Source: Octopus sinensis (taxonomy: Eukaryota). Taken from it: a DNA stretch of 64,000 nucleotides. Shown piece after piece: positions 1 through 12,568 of the stretch. A program made the position numbers and the translations under genes. The notes below the pieces were generated by a model, which was given only the letters and a program-made list of their open reading frames with translations, had not been told where the DNA came from and did no database searches. Where the stretch lies: the NCBI RefSeq assembly GCF_006345805.1, contig NC_043016.1:12276001-12340000 (forward strand), read 5' to 3'. Position 1 is the first letter of the stretch; each line of letters starts with the position of its first letter.

Positions 1-204
1 TTTTTTTCAGGCACGTTTAACGTTTTCTCTACAACTACAAACATGACCCCCTCTCTTCCTTTTTTTTCTTTCATTACAAAAACTAATGCAAATTTCGAAC
101 GGGGTATAACTGTGAAAAGGGCCCAGAACAATGGGTAATACCCCCTACAAAATGGGTGGGGGAGAAAAGTTGCTACACGAAATTCAACCCTATACTTTAT
201 AAAG

Positions 205-497
205 AGTCTTCTATTTTAGCCTCGAGCCGACCAAAGCCTTGTGAGTGGATGTAGTGGACGGAAACTGAAAGAAACCCGTCGTGTGTGTGTGTGTGTGTTT
301 GTCCCCACCACTATAGCTTGACAACCGATGTTGGTGTGTTTGCATCCCTGTAACTTTGTGGTTCGGCAGAAGAAATTGATAGAATAAGCACCAGACTTAC
401 AAGGAATAAGTCCAGGGGTTGATTTCTTCGACTAAAGGGCGGTGCTCCAGCATGGCCACAGTCAAATGACTGAAACAAGTGAAAGAATAAAAGAATA
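205..497 (+). mobile_element. SINE family B, 5'-truncated (central TG repeat, RTE-like 3' tail)
   Basis: Shares gagtggat..ggaaactgaaagaa, (TG)n and ggcggtgctccagcatggcc..gactgaaacaagt plus an aagaataaaagaata tail with many other copies in the window. Confidence 0.8.
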
Positions 498-1323
498 GCA
501 GAATAACGTTCCGTACCACTAAAACCAAGAAGGTTCTTTGAATATGTTCGATGAATTTTATGGCTAAATAGTAATTCTCTTTACAGTGTCACAACGTTCT
601 GTAAGTGTCTTACTTTCTAGTACTTTCTAGTACTTTACTAGGTTCATGTTCATAACCATTATTAGTTTGTTAAAATCCTAGCTTTCTACATAACTCCCAG
701 TGGATTACTCTCCCTCGGTTGTCATATCCTTTCTTGTATTATTTCTATGCCAGCATGCTACATTCACTTATTATTATTATTGAGTGAGAGAGCAGTTCAT
801 GCCATCAAAATAACACTGGGGTAAAATATACGAAGCTCAATATACCCATCATGACTACGCGTCTGATAAGGGTACACTAGGCACATACATCACAACCATA
901 TATGCGCGACATAGTGATTTCATATCAAGATAAACAGCACATGACGTGGCAGGTGGGGCCCAGTTAGAATTTTCTTCTGGTCGAGTACTCCATCCGCTCA
1001 AAAGGTCCCTGAATAAGGATGTTGAACGAAACACCCATGTTTAAGGTCCCTGTTTAAGGATGTTGAACGAAACACCCATGTTTCCAGAGGTGAATTATTC
1101 AAACCCCAAAGAATATCTCTCAATACATAGCTAGGATGCTCCCCCATTACTTCTGCTCGTGATCAGAGATGCACATATCGTTAGCCACTAAGGGGCATGC
1201 TCAACTGCTTAAGGTCTAACAAATGACAAGCAAATCTGTGGTATTGAGCAGAATATTTGCTGTAGCCCATCTTATATACCAAGACAAAACAATGTACATG
1301 ATAACCAGAGAAATTGTATTCAC

Positions 1324-1524
1324 CTCAATAGTCGTCATTGATTGGTTGAAATTGCCGAAATGCAAGAAATTAAACAACAAATAGCTTACAAACTACAGGA
1401 TTTTCTCAAGAACGCAGGAGAAAAAGATGTTTTATGTAACACATTCTACCAGTATACGAAGTTTAAAAGTGTTTAATTACAAAGAAATTATTTTTAAAAT
1501 CTGCCGGTCAAAGCGAAAAGATCC
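1324..1524. mobile_element. Partial copy (right half) of the 4523-4931 MITE
   Basis: ctcaatag.cgtcattgattggttgaaattg...ctgccggtcaaagcgaaaagatcc aligns by eye with 4733-4931. Confidence 0.65.
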
Positions 1525-2197
1525 AATAATAGCAGATTGAGAGAGATACTACTCTGAAATGACAAAGAATTATTAGTACATCAACATGTGATTTGCCCAA
1601 CATATCTGAAAGCAACTGTGCTTCTTCGTGAAGGTGGAAGTTCTTAATCATCTATCAGATTCCTCTGTCTTGACCGCCCTCCTGGGTAAGTGTGACTGTA
1701 AAAATGCATGCTGAACGGTTTTTATAGAGGGCCGAAAGCCAAATTCTAGAATGTTCGAGAGAACCCCATCCACTCCATCGATTGGTTAATAGACCGATCA
1801 CGTGAAGCTATGGAGCTTGCTCATCGTGCGAACGAGAAAATGTAGTCGTGTAGTTGTGACCATCTTGTAACACTTTATCCATTTTTTAAAAACATATTTA
1901 ACACGTAGGGTATGATCTAAGGAAGATTTGACTAGTATTTCTAGCAGTTTAGGGAGTTTGGTGCTGCAGTGTTGCTGTGAGGTAATGGTGATGGCGGCGT
2001 GATATTGCTTTGGTGTTGTGTGCATTGATCATTCGCTCGGAGAAATTCCGATGTAAAAACCGACTTAGCCGCAATAAATTATAGTATTTTATCATAATAT
2101 TGGGTACAATTTCTCCCGTTTGTTATTACTAATGCGCGCTCGCGGTAGATCGATGATATCGACTAAGCAACTCCACTCAAATTATATTTAGTTTGCA

Positions 2198-2416
2198 AAG
2201 GTGGCGATCTGGCAGAATTATTAGCACGCCGGGCAAAATGCTATGCAGCACTTCGTTGGTCATTACATTCCGCGTTCAAATTCCACCGAGGTCGACTTTG
2301 CCTTACATTCTTTCGGTGTCGATGGAATAAGTAGCAATTATGCACTGGAATCGATGTAATCGACCAGCCTTTCTACCCCAAAATTTCAGGCCTTGTGCCT
2401 ATGGTAGAAAGGATTA
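2198..2416 (+). mobile_element. tRNA-derived SINE family A
   Basis: ggcgatctggcagaattattagcacgccgggc head, B-box-like gttcaaattcc, gtcgactttgcct core, ggccttgtgcctatggtagaaagg tail. Confidence 0.8.
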
Positions 2417-2430
2417 TATTTAACTTACAA

Positions 2431-2643
2431 ACGGCGACGAGCTGGCAGAATTGTTAGAGCGTCGGGAAAATGGATTACAGTATTGGTCCACTCTTAACGT
2501 TCTGAGTTCAAAGCCCGCCAAGGTAAACTTTGCCTTTTATCCGTCCCGGGGTCGATAAAATAAGATACCAGTCAAGTACCAAGTTTAATGGTTTCGACTA
2601 ATCCCCCTTTCCTCAATATTGTGCCTATATCAGAAACAATTAT
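2431..2643 (+). mobile_element. tRNA-derived SINE family A (second tandem copy)
   Basis: ggcgacgagctggcagaattgttag...gagttcaaagccc...ggggtcgataaaataag...tgtgcctatatcagaaacaat. Confidence 0.75.
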
Positions 2644-3888
2644 GTTTAATTTATTTAATTTACACTTATATATTACGTTTGCTTATATTTATTTGTATAC
2701 CCAAAGATATCAAGATAGGAACAATGTGTACCACAGATGTTCTTTCTTTCAATGGTTGGGCTGAGAGGCGTCAATCGCATTATACACTTAAAATATAGTG
2801 AAACCTCAGATATATTCAGTGTATATAGTTGTGTGCCGGTTTTCGTTTGCAATTTTCCATATGCTCTCCTGTTTATATAAATCTTTCGAAGCATTTCCTT
2901 TCGTAACTATTTGAGATCATAACGGAGCCTATTACGTATTAGGACGTATTATTTTTTTCCAATAGGAAAACCAACCAACAAAATCGGAAGATCACCTCTC
3001 GCATCTCGTCTATGACACTGTGTCGTATCTGTTGCCAAAAATACTTGATCAAATGTATCTAGTTCATCCGAGAATAAATTAGAACTGAAATCGGGGCGAG
3101 TTCGTAATTCGCTAACTTTGCCAAATAATTTCACCGGCGCAGATCACCATTAGTTTTCTCGGACTCCATCATGGTCAGACTAGAGTTATCCAATCGTCAA
3201 TATATTGCTGATATTTTCAAAATATGATTCGTATCTCCGTTTTTGATGTTGTTCACGAGATCAAGGTGAGCCTTCATCGAGAAGACAAGCCGTTGAAAAC
3301 ACATAGTTTTGAGACATAGTGTTCCTAGGATATTACCATGTGTCCTACCGTCACGGTTTGGCATCATTCCAGATGTGTGATACCCCTCCAACTTATTTAG
3401 TTTCCTCATAACTTTCTGAAAACTACATATTTCTAAATAAAATTTTCAACAAGTACGGTTCAGATATGTAGATAATGATTGTGAATGAAAAATGTGGAGG
3501 GGGAATAATTCATTTTTTTCTTAGGAATGAACCCTCGCGAAGTGGGGTGACTCTTGCAGCAAGTGTTGCGAGCCATTCTCCGCAGCAATACCTTTGCAGT
3601 TATGTCCACGTGGTGCTGCTGAACACAGCAATTGAACCGGAATGTACAACCAGCGCTGGATTAACCATTAAGCAAAATAAGTAGGTGCTTGTGACACCAA
3701 AGGAAGGGGAAGGCACCACAGAAATGGTAAATAATTTACGGCATAAAAGGAATCACTTTAAACTTGCTAAAATAACATTCAAAGTGGTTTATATGATCGT
3801 AAAATGTAATTTCAAAGTGTTCATGATGTTATAGTGAGGATCTGATCAAAGACTTTGCAATTAAAATTAGTAGTAAACTTGCCTTCTA

Positions 3889-4152
3889 GGCAATCTTTCG
3901 TCTCTAGTAGACCTTTCCGTCGATTTCCGTAAAAAATTTTTTTTTTTACATATGGGCTTGCGGGAACTTTTGAAGTAATGAGAGCGAAAGAGACTAAGAG
4001 AAAGCGATTGTATGACGAGGGAAGTTCTTTTGAAGTTACCGTGCATGGGAGCATTGATGTACATGTGTGTGTGTGTGTGTTTGATGGGGTGTGGGAGACA
4101 GACAGTATGTTGTGTAATCGACGGAAAGGTCTACTAGAGACGAAAGATCGCC
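3889..4152. mobile_element. MITE-like element with 37-bp TIRs (GG..CC ends)
   Basis: 3889-3925 ggcaatctttcgtctctagtagacctttccgtcgatt is the reverse complement of 4116-4152 with 1 mismatch; no clean TSD seen. Confidence 0.7.
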
Positions 4153-4522
4153 GTAAATTCTTCTAATATAAATAGTGGAAGTATACAAAAAAAAAAAAGA
4201 CATTTTCATCTTACAGTTAGTTTCGTTTCACTTTGAAAAACTAAAAATTTATTTTACGGTTTATTATTGTTTATATTTTTAATTACATATGCATATGAGG
4301 GCACCAGAATCTTTTAAGTACTATCGGCCTCTATGGGTCTTAATCCGGCCCTGCTTCCAACCCCCATCTTTTGCTACTTAATCTCCCCCACATTTTTTTT
4401 CTTCTTCATCTTTGTTTCCTTGTTGAAGTAACTGTTTTTGTTTTATACCTTTTTTCACACTAATTTAATCTTTTATACTTTAATTTTTTTTCTTCCAGTA
4501 AAAATATGTTACTAAATAAAAA

Positions 4523-4931
4523 GGATCTTTTCGGTTTGAACGGCAGTTTTTTCTAGTGGTGTCATATGAAATTGTCACCCATAATTATGACCCTAGTATC
4601 GATCTATTGCATTTCAGTCTATTTTAGGGTTAGGGTTGGGGGAAGGGTATCTTTTGTTCTTCAGAAATGTAAATAAACCCAATCTGTTTCTTAAACGAGG
4701 GACATATTCATACGGCACAGAATGTTTTCAACTCAATAGACGTCATTGATTGGTTGAAATTGCAGAAATTGAAGAAAAAAACAACAAATATCTTACAAAC
4801 TATAGAATTTTCTCAATAAAGCCAAGCGAAAAAGATGTTTTATAAACACATTCTACCAGAATACGAAGTTTAAAAGTGTTTAGTTACGTGGAAATTATTT
4901 TAAAAAACTGCCGGTCAAACCGAAAAGATCC
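4523..4931. mobile_element. MITE with 30-bp TIRs, GG..CC ends and 8-bp TSD (Merlin-like)
   Basis: TIR ggatcttttcggtttgaacggcagtttttt / aaaaaactgccggtcaaaccgaaaagatcc (1 mismatch); aataaaaa at 4515-4522 and 4932-4939. Confidence 0.8.
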
Positions 4932-5199
4932 AATAAAAATTCTTTCTGCAATGGACGACAAACTTTAATTGAGGAAAAAAAAGGGAAAACAACAAAAAAA
5001 TCAAGCAGAAAACTTTTTTACAATTTTCAGAATTTAATACAAGTCACAAATCCCGTCTGATTTATCTCCCTTGCTGATGGAAGGAATGCATCGCGGTTCT
5101 TCACCACATAAATTAACACACTTTTTGCTAAATGCATGCATGTGTATCATCATCCACCACCACCACCACCACCACCATCATCATCTTTCTATGCATATA

Positions 5200-5458
5200 C
5201 AAGCATACCTCAACTTACGTCATTTTGAGTTACGCTCTTTTTTCTAAAAGAAATTAATAGAAACATATTTAAAAAGCACAGGTTTTTTTTTTTTTAAAAA
5301 ACTAAAATATAATGCTGAAATGGAAATAAAATAAGATACACGTGAAAGACCATTTATTAAAACAAATACAAGTTAATAATTTGAAAATTTTTTTTGAATG
5401 TTGTTTTTCGAGTTAAGTCTCTTGGAACCAATTACGGACGTAAGTTGAGGTATGCCTG
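5200..5458. mobile_element. pogo/Tigger-type MITE
   Basis: 22-bp TIR ca(a/g)gcatacctcaacttacgtc with TA on both sides (5198-5199, 5459-5460). Confidence 0.8.
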
Positions 5459-5781
5459 TATATATTTGCATAATATATAATTATACAGATATATATTTAT
5501 TCACGCACATTCGGATCTATAAATAATAGGAAAAGTGTTAATTTAACAACTAAAACAATATTTATATGCAAAAAGAAATTTACGTTTTAATTTATTGCTT
5601 TCACTTTCGTTTTTTATTCACAGAATACTACTTAGAAAATGTAAACATGTAGACACAATTCGTGTGCATTTGGGTGTATATGTATGAGTATTTATGTACG
5701 TATGTAAGTATGGATCGGACCAGATTTTCAACAATTAAAAAAATATTTTTGGAGTCGATTTTACGAAAAATAAACTGGGCA

Positions 5782-6195
5782 ATCCTTCGGAGACGGTATG
5801 TCAAAACTGAAACTATTCGGCAATTTTCGTAAATTGTTTTTATTTCTTTAATTCAGTTCAGCTGAATTGCTTATATGTTTACGTATTTTTTGTGTATGAA
5901 TGTGTGTGTAAGTATATGTATATATATACATGCACAAATATACATACATGTACATAAACACATGCGCACATATACTTACATACACAAATATGCATACATA
6001 CATACACGAATATACCTGTTCATAAACACATGCATATACTTAAATACACAAGTATACATACAAACATATATACATGCACAAAAAGTACACAAACGTTAGT
6101 GGTTCAGCTGAAAAAAGAAATTAAAGAGATGAGAATTTTTTATGGAAATTGTTGAACAAATAAATTCAGTTTTGATATACCATCTCCGAAGGATT
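5782..6195. repeat. Degenerate ~90-bp inverted repeat pair enclosing a CA/TA microsatellite
   Basis: atccttcggagacggtatgtcaaaactgaa...ttcagctgaa (5782-5865) is inverted relative to ttcagctgaa...ttcagttttgatataccatctccgaaggat (6103-6195). Confidence 0.45.
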
Positions 6196-6222
6196 ACCAT
6201 ATATTGTAATAAAATACATTTA

Positions 6223-7095
6223 CAGGGTGGATAGAAAATAACTAGGCATTAGAAATTGATTATAGAATTTTCCATATCACTGAAGTCATGATGAAAACAT
6301 TTTTTAAACAGACAACACTAACGGGGATTTCTTATTGTCTTATTTCTAATTTCTTATTTTCCAGATTGCCAGTTGCTTAACTGTTCGGGAGCAAGCTAAG
6401 ATAGCAGCACGCTATGAAGTGTGGAATTGGTTCAGAGATGGTGGCATGCATGGAAAGGTAAGCATGCAACATTGCGTCTGGAGACAATAAAAAGTTGTCA
6501 TGCAAAGCTGATGACCACGGGCTCTGTGAATGATGGAAAAAGAAGTGGCTGACCTACCACATCCCAATCAGTAGAGAATGTGGCAAGAGTACAAGAAATG
6601 TTTAATCACAGCCCACAAAAATCAACTTATTAAGCAGCTCATGAAAGTAGACTAAAGAGACACGCAATACATGTGGTGTTACATAAAGAATTGAATTTTC
6701 ATCCATTACATGCAGGAGTTAAAACCTGAGGACTGTGACCGCAGAAGTCCAGAACTCCAAGATGTCCAGGTCTCACTCCATGTGATTTTTACCTGCAGGG
6801 TTACGCAAAAGAGGAGGTGTACAAGACAAAACCTTACACACGGGAGGACTTGCAGACATGGATTCAGGAGGTTCTCAATGATATCCCAGACAACATCCTT
6901 CAGAAGTTTGTTCATTCCATCCCTGGTCGTTTGAGGAAACAGGTTGATGCCACCAGTGCTTATATTGAAATATGAAGATTTAATTTCATTTCCCATGTAA
7001 TAAAGAACATGTATCATTTGTGTCCAATAAATTCGTAAAAGGAATATGGATTTTATTTCCAATTTTTAATGCCTACTTACTTTTCACCCAACTTG
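6223..7095 (+). mobile_element. Tc1/mariner transposon, internal-deletion derivative with transposase pseudogene
   Basis: TA-flanked imperfect TIRs (cagggtggatagaaaataactaggcatt / aatgcctacttacttttcacccaacttg). Broken translation gives N-terminal EQAKIAARYEVW..KLMTTGSVNDGKRSG..QELKPEDCDRR and C-terminal RCPGLTPCDFYLQGYAKEEVYK (SPDLTPCDF-like motif); the central catalytic region is missing. Confidence 0.85.
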
Positions 7096-7100
7096 TATAT

Positions 7101-7510
7101 ATGCATATATATCTTTCACTTGATTGTCATTGGACTGTTACCATGCTGGGGTAATGTTTTTGAGTGGTTTGGTTAAACAAATCACCCCTGGTACTTGGGT
7201 ATTTTTTCTTTAAGTTTGGTACATAATCTATCAGTTTCTTTTGTCAGACTGCTATGTTATAGGGATGTAAACAAACTAACATCAGTTATCAAGTTGGGGC
7301 AAATGTCACATACACATGTACACATATACACAGATGCACATTCAAAGAAGTGACGGGCTTCTTTCAGTTTCTGCCTACAAAATCCACTTATAAAGCTTTA
7401 CTCAACCTGGGGCTGTAGTAGAAGACATTTGTCCAATGTGCCACACAATAGAACTGAACTCAGAACCATACGGTTGGGAAGCAAACTTCTTACCACACAG
7501 CCATGTCTAT
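7101..7510 (-). mobile_element. SINE family B
   Basis: Reverse complement gives ggctgtgtggtaagaag head, ggaaactgaaagaagccc core and the gactgaaacaag-like tail region. Confidence 0.7.
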
Positions 7511-7789
7511 GCCTACGCTTCTTATTTTGAATGATGGTAAAGTATGGTACTTTGATTGAAGTCAAGGCTAATGTATATAATGTAGTGTACCAATATATTT
7601 TAATTAATTAAAATCTTGCAGTAGGGAGAGAAAAATAATTAAATTAATGAATAGTTCTGTATGCAAAGATAAAAGAAAATTAAAAAAGCAAGAGAGACAA
7701 CCTCTTAATTCTAATAATTTTATTAATTAGATTACAGAATCGTGAAAAGTGAGCTTGATCTATTTGCAAATGCAATGACAACTCAGGAT

Positions 7790-8470
7790 ATGTTTCTGCT
7801 TTATTGTATCTCCTCAGTGAAGGATAGTCTGACTGTACTTGCAGTTTGATTGAGTGAAGACTGAGTGGTGTGACACATCGGAGCAATGAGTGGGGGAAAA
7901 CACTCAGAGACATTCGCTGCATGACTAAGAAATGATGAAGTCAGAGCAAATATTTTTCTTTTTTTAACAGTAGTATATAAGATGTGTTTCACAATTCCAC
8001 AATACTCCACCAGAAGTCTTGCACAGCACTGTGAGATGCACTTTGGATTCTCAATTTCATCTTAATGTGTCTTAATTAATTTCATCTATGAACGTGATCA
8101 AGCATTCTGCAGAGGTATCCAGAATATGATATAGCTTGTTGTTTAGTAAGAGAGCAGTAACCAGCAAATCCTTTCTGCATTGAATAACAATAGTAGAGAT
8201 GGGTGGAAATCTTGTCTTTGGTCTTGTGCTCATACTACAAGATGTTTTATGCTCTCATGAGAAGGCTTGTCTATGTACCATCAGTATGATCTCTCTTCAT
8301 AATCCAAGTTTCAGCTATTGCAGAAAAGATTGTTCTCAACATCATACCTTGTTGACTTTGAAATACACAGTAGTCAAATGTTTTGAAACTTGTCTCAGCC
8401 ATTCCAAGCCAATCTTTTGCCGATAAAGCAGCTTTTTTCATATTGTCAGCAACTTACAACCCAAAGTATA
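7790..8470 (-). pseudogene. Degenerate RTE-like LINE reverse-transcriptase C-terminal fragment
   Basis: Minus-strand broken translation contains YTLGCKL (KYLG-like), AETWIMK and SGYLCRM (AGHxxR-like); many stops. Confidence 0.45.
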
Positions 8471-8582
8471 AACACATTAGATATAATGAAGTAAATATTT
8501 TAATTATTTCAAATCAGAACTGTGAAAGGAAAATAAATTAGTTGAGTGAGGCCAACCCCTTAGCATTCTGACTACTCTGTCA

Positions 8583-8875
8583 AATGTGATCATGTGACCA
8601 ACCAGGCTATCAGATGTTGCTACACATCACTGGTCACAATGCGCTTCACATTGTTTCAGCCTTCAAATGATGCCACCCTGCTGGCTAAGCGAGCAGGCCA
8701 ACAGAAGAAAGAGTGAGAGAAAGCTGTGGTGAAAGAGTAAAGCAGGCATCGCCACTACCCCCTGTCGGAGCCTTGTGGAGCTTTAGGTGTTTTCGCTCAA
8801 TAAACACTCACAATGCTAGATTTGGAAATCGAAACCGCGAGTCTGCTGCCCTAACCACTGGGCCATTGCGCCTCC
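8583..8875 (-). mobile_element. tRNA-derived SINE family C
   Basis: Reverse complement begins ggaggcgcaatggcccagtggttagggcagc (A box) and ggtttcgatttcc (B box); similar to 11117-11320. Confidence 0.75.
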
Positions 8876-9466
8876 CTGTCAAATGTAATACTCATTTATT
8901 CACATTGTTTTTAATTAATAATGCATGATTTCATAGCTTCAAGATTTCAATGATGTCATCATCATCATCATCATCACCATTATCATCATCATATTTCATC
9001 TGCTTTCCATGCTGGCATGGGTTAAACTGTTTGACTGGAATTGGTAAGCTGAAGAGCTGTACCAGGTTCCAATCTGATTTGGCATGGGTTCTGTGGCCGG
9101 ATTCCCTTCGTAATGCCAACCACTCCAAGAGTTCAACAGGTACTCTTTATGTGCCTCCAGCATGGGTGCCAGTTACCTGACAATGACAATGGCCACGACT
9201 ATGATATCACAGGTCCCATTTACATAACACTGGAACAGCCATGACTTTGGTCTCACTTGGCTTGACAAGTCTTCTCGAGCACAACATCACCGGGAAATCT
9301 GGAAACATGGGAAGGAATAGAAGTGGAAATTTATCAGGTGTGCGCAGGTGTAGAGTTGGCTATGAGCGACATTTTTGTGTAGGTACAAGAGGCTGAACTT
9401 AGCCGTTTTGAACACAGGCACAGCTATTTTGGCCCGATATGGCTGGTTTAAATGTTAACGGGTTAA

Positions 9467-9687
9467 CCCTTTCATTACCAACCCAGCTGAAACCGGCCCT
9501 GGCTCTGAGTACGAATGTCTTGTTTTTATAAGTTTTGAATTAAAATCTTCCACCAAATCTTAGTCACAATTTATGTTCCTAACACTAGCTCAATGATAAC
9601 TAAGTTATTTTACTAATTTCTTTGTTATATTTAAAATTAATTGAAAGAAACACAGAGCATCTCAAAATAAATACAGTAATGAAAGGG
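9467..9687. mobile_element. piggyBac-type MITE (TTAA TSD)
   Basis: ttaa|ccctttcattac ... gtaatgaaaggg|ttaa. Confidence 0.8.
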
Positions 9688-10397
9688 TTAATGACCAATT
9701 AATTCTGTATTCAGTTTACTTCTTTCATATTTGTGTTTGTAAATTACATTAATCACCCAAACTTTATTCAGCAACTTCCAGACATTTTTTGTGGTTTGTT
9801 GCCAATTAGAAATTTCATATTCATGTTCGCTTTGTGAACTTGTAATGTATTATTCATGGTATTTTGTGATTAGATATAACTCATGTTCCTACCTGTTGTT
9901 TAATGAGTATTATAATTTTGATGACTTGTTTTATTGTAGTAATTCCCAACCTTTTCGCCACCAAGAACCCCCTTTTATTCAAATGAATTTTCCCAGGAAC
10001 CCCAGGCTTTTGAAATCGCTCTCTCTCTCCCACCTCAATAAACTGATTTTATTAACATACAACAAACTTGTTTTCCTAGTTTCATCACTCAGTTGAAAGA
10101 TATATGTCACTGAATAATAATAGTTATTATTATTTGTAGTTAAGATCCAAGTGTGGTTAAGAAATTTCCTTCATAACCGCATGATTTCAGGTTCAGTTCC
10201 ACTGTGTGGCACTCTGGGCAAGTATTTTTATTACAGGCCTTGGCCAACCAAAGCTTTGTGGGTGGATTTAGTAGACAGCAACTGAAAAAAGCCCATCACA
10301 TGCACACATCATCATCATCATCATTAACATCAATTAATGTCAGCCTTCCATGCTGGCATTGGTGGGATGGTTTCACAGGAGCCAGCCAGGCAGAAAC

Positions 10398-10629
10398 CTA
10401 TTTCTTTATTACCCACAAGGGGCTAAACATAGAGAGGACAAACAAGGACAGACATAGGTATTAAGTCGATTATATCGACCCCAGTGCGTAACTGGTACTT
10501 AATTTATCGATCTCGAAAGGATGAAAGGCAAAGTCGACCTCGGCGGAATTTGAACTCACAACGTAACAACAGACAAAATACCGCTAAGCATTTCGCCCGG
10601 CGTGCTAACGTTTCTGCCAGCTCGCCGCC
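10398..10629 (-). mobile_element. tRNA-derived SINE family A, near intact
   Basis: Reverse complement reads ggcggcgagctggcagaaacgttagcacgccgggcg...gagttcaaattccgccgaggtcgactttgcc; CpGs retained. Confidence 0.85.
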
Positions 10630-10746
10630 TTCTGCAACTGTTTTGGAAGGATTTTTACAGCTGAATGCAGCTTCCTAACACCAGCCACTCAGCAGAGTGG
10701 ACTTACTGCTTTTTATGTAGCACAAGCACAATTAATGTAATACACA

Positions 10747-10800
<54 letters not shown>

Positions 10801-11116
10801 TATACACATACACATGCACACACCTATTTCTGTGTATATGATTTACATATTTACGTATGTGTGTGTGAGTGTTTATATGTTTGCGTCTCCTTGTCTTGAC
10901 GTCATGTGGTAGTTGTAGATGATTATCATCCATTTCCAGTGTTCTGCCAAAACATTTCTGGCCATGGGGAATGAAAACAAATTAAGGGTTGATTACAGGA
11001 AGAGGCATCCAGCCTTAAAAAATCTACCTCAATAACCTCTGTCTGACCCAAGCAAGAAAGTGGACATAAAAATTGATGATGAAGGTTGTGGCTGCAGTGG
11101 GACAACAACAGCAAGT

Positions 11117-11320
11117 GGAGGTGCTATGGCCCAGTGGTTATGGCAGTGCACTCGCAGTCGTAAGAATGTGGTTTCGATTCCCAGACCGGGCATTGTGAGT
11201 GTTTATTGAACAAAAACACCTAAGCCCCACAAAGCTCTGGCGGTGGGTGAACCCCGCTGTACTCTTTCACCACAACTTTCTCTCACTTTTTCTTCCTACT
11301 TCTGCCACAAAGCAGAGGAA
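11117..11320 (+). mobile_element. tRNA-derived SINE family C
   Basis: ggaggtgctatggcccagtggtt (A box), ggtttcgattccc (B box), cattgtgagtgtttattga core. Confidence 0.75.
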
Positions 11321-12044
11321 CCATGGTGTAACCCACTATGGTGTGGTAAGCTTTCAGACCCTAGTCTAGATTGTGAATCCTCTGTACCGCAGGATGGTTC
11401 AGCTCTCCACCCGTTAAAAGCCACCGTTTACCGAATGAGGATAACAACGTAGCTTTCGCGCCCGTGCAACCGCCAGTCTATCGCGTGTGGTGCGTGGATC
11501 TTCAAGTTGCCACATGCATTCTTAGCAGCTTAGAGAAGGCTCGAATTAGAGATTATTCTTTGTGGCTAATGGCATGAGTCCTAATTAGAAGAAGAAGAAG
11601 AAAACAACAGCGATGATTGTAGTGGTGGTGCTGCTGATTATGATAATGAAGATGATGATTACGATGATGATGAGTATTTATACATTTTCCATTATACAAT
11701 CTTCACGCTCCCATCCTTATTGTATTAACTTCCTGGACCTCAGGTTTTGAATAACTGTTCTGTTCCACTTTATAAACCAGAATGCATTTACTTTCTATAG
11801 TGTACTGTACATGTGGTTTCTTTGTTTCAATTGCTTTTTTGTATTACCTTGCATTTATTTTGTTGATTTATATTGATTAATTCTCTATTGTTATATAACT
11901 TGATCTTCTAAATTTTTGCAACCGTTTTTTACGAACTGGTGGTTGTTTTATCCTTTCAATTTCATCGTTATTGTTATTTTTGATTAAGCAGACCATGACC
12001 AAGCAATTTTTATTTCGTGTTTTTATTTTTTGTACACACTTTAA

Positions 12045-12264
12045 CCCTTTAGTGTTCAGATTATTCTGTCAGATGTGATGTTTGTTTATTTAAAATGGTT
12101 TGAATTAATCCTGCATTATCTTGTAGTTTAGAGATTTCAGTGATGTGATTTTTTAGTTTTAGAATGACATGGTAGGGCTGAGGTGAGAGGTGAGATCTGG
12201 TCAGTTTCAATATAAAACAAGTTAAATATTTTGGCCGGATATGGCCGGTTTGAATGCTAAAGGG
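12045..12264. mobile_element. piggyBac-type MITE, second family
   Basis: ttaa|ccctttagtgttca ... tgaatgctaaaggg|ttaa. Confidence 0.75.
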
Positions 12265-12568
12265 TTAAAGGTGTGGTTTAGAAGCTCACTTTGCAATCAT
12301 GTAGTTTTGGGTTCAATCTCACTGTATGGCACTTTGGGCGAGTGTCTTCTTCTAAAACCTGGTTGACCAATTCCTTATCAGTGAATTAGGTAGATGGAAA
12401 TTGTGGAAACTCATAATGTGTAAGTATACATACATACATACTCACACACATACATACTCACATACATACATACATACTCATACACATACATACATACTCA
12501 CACACATACATACATACTCACATACATACTCACACACACATACGTACATAATACCAAAATTTCACAGT

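Noticed and set aside
1002-1083. 41-bp internal tandem duplication in a dispersed repeat
   Set aside because: Ordinary slippage inside a repeat, with no further structure
4625-4643. ttagggttaggg as a telomere or interstitial telomere
   Set aside because: Only two to three units, and internal to a MITE
11117-11200. tRNA genes suggested by A/B boxes here and at 8800-8875 and 63235-63300
   Set aside because: The heads continue into SINE cores and do not form a full cloverleaf
11436-11515. Possible fourth hammerhead on the minus strand (UUGAAGA ... GAAAGCUA)
   Set aside because: C3 is mutated, no convincing stem II, and stem I is off-register
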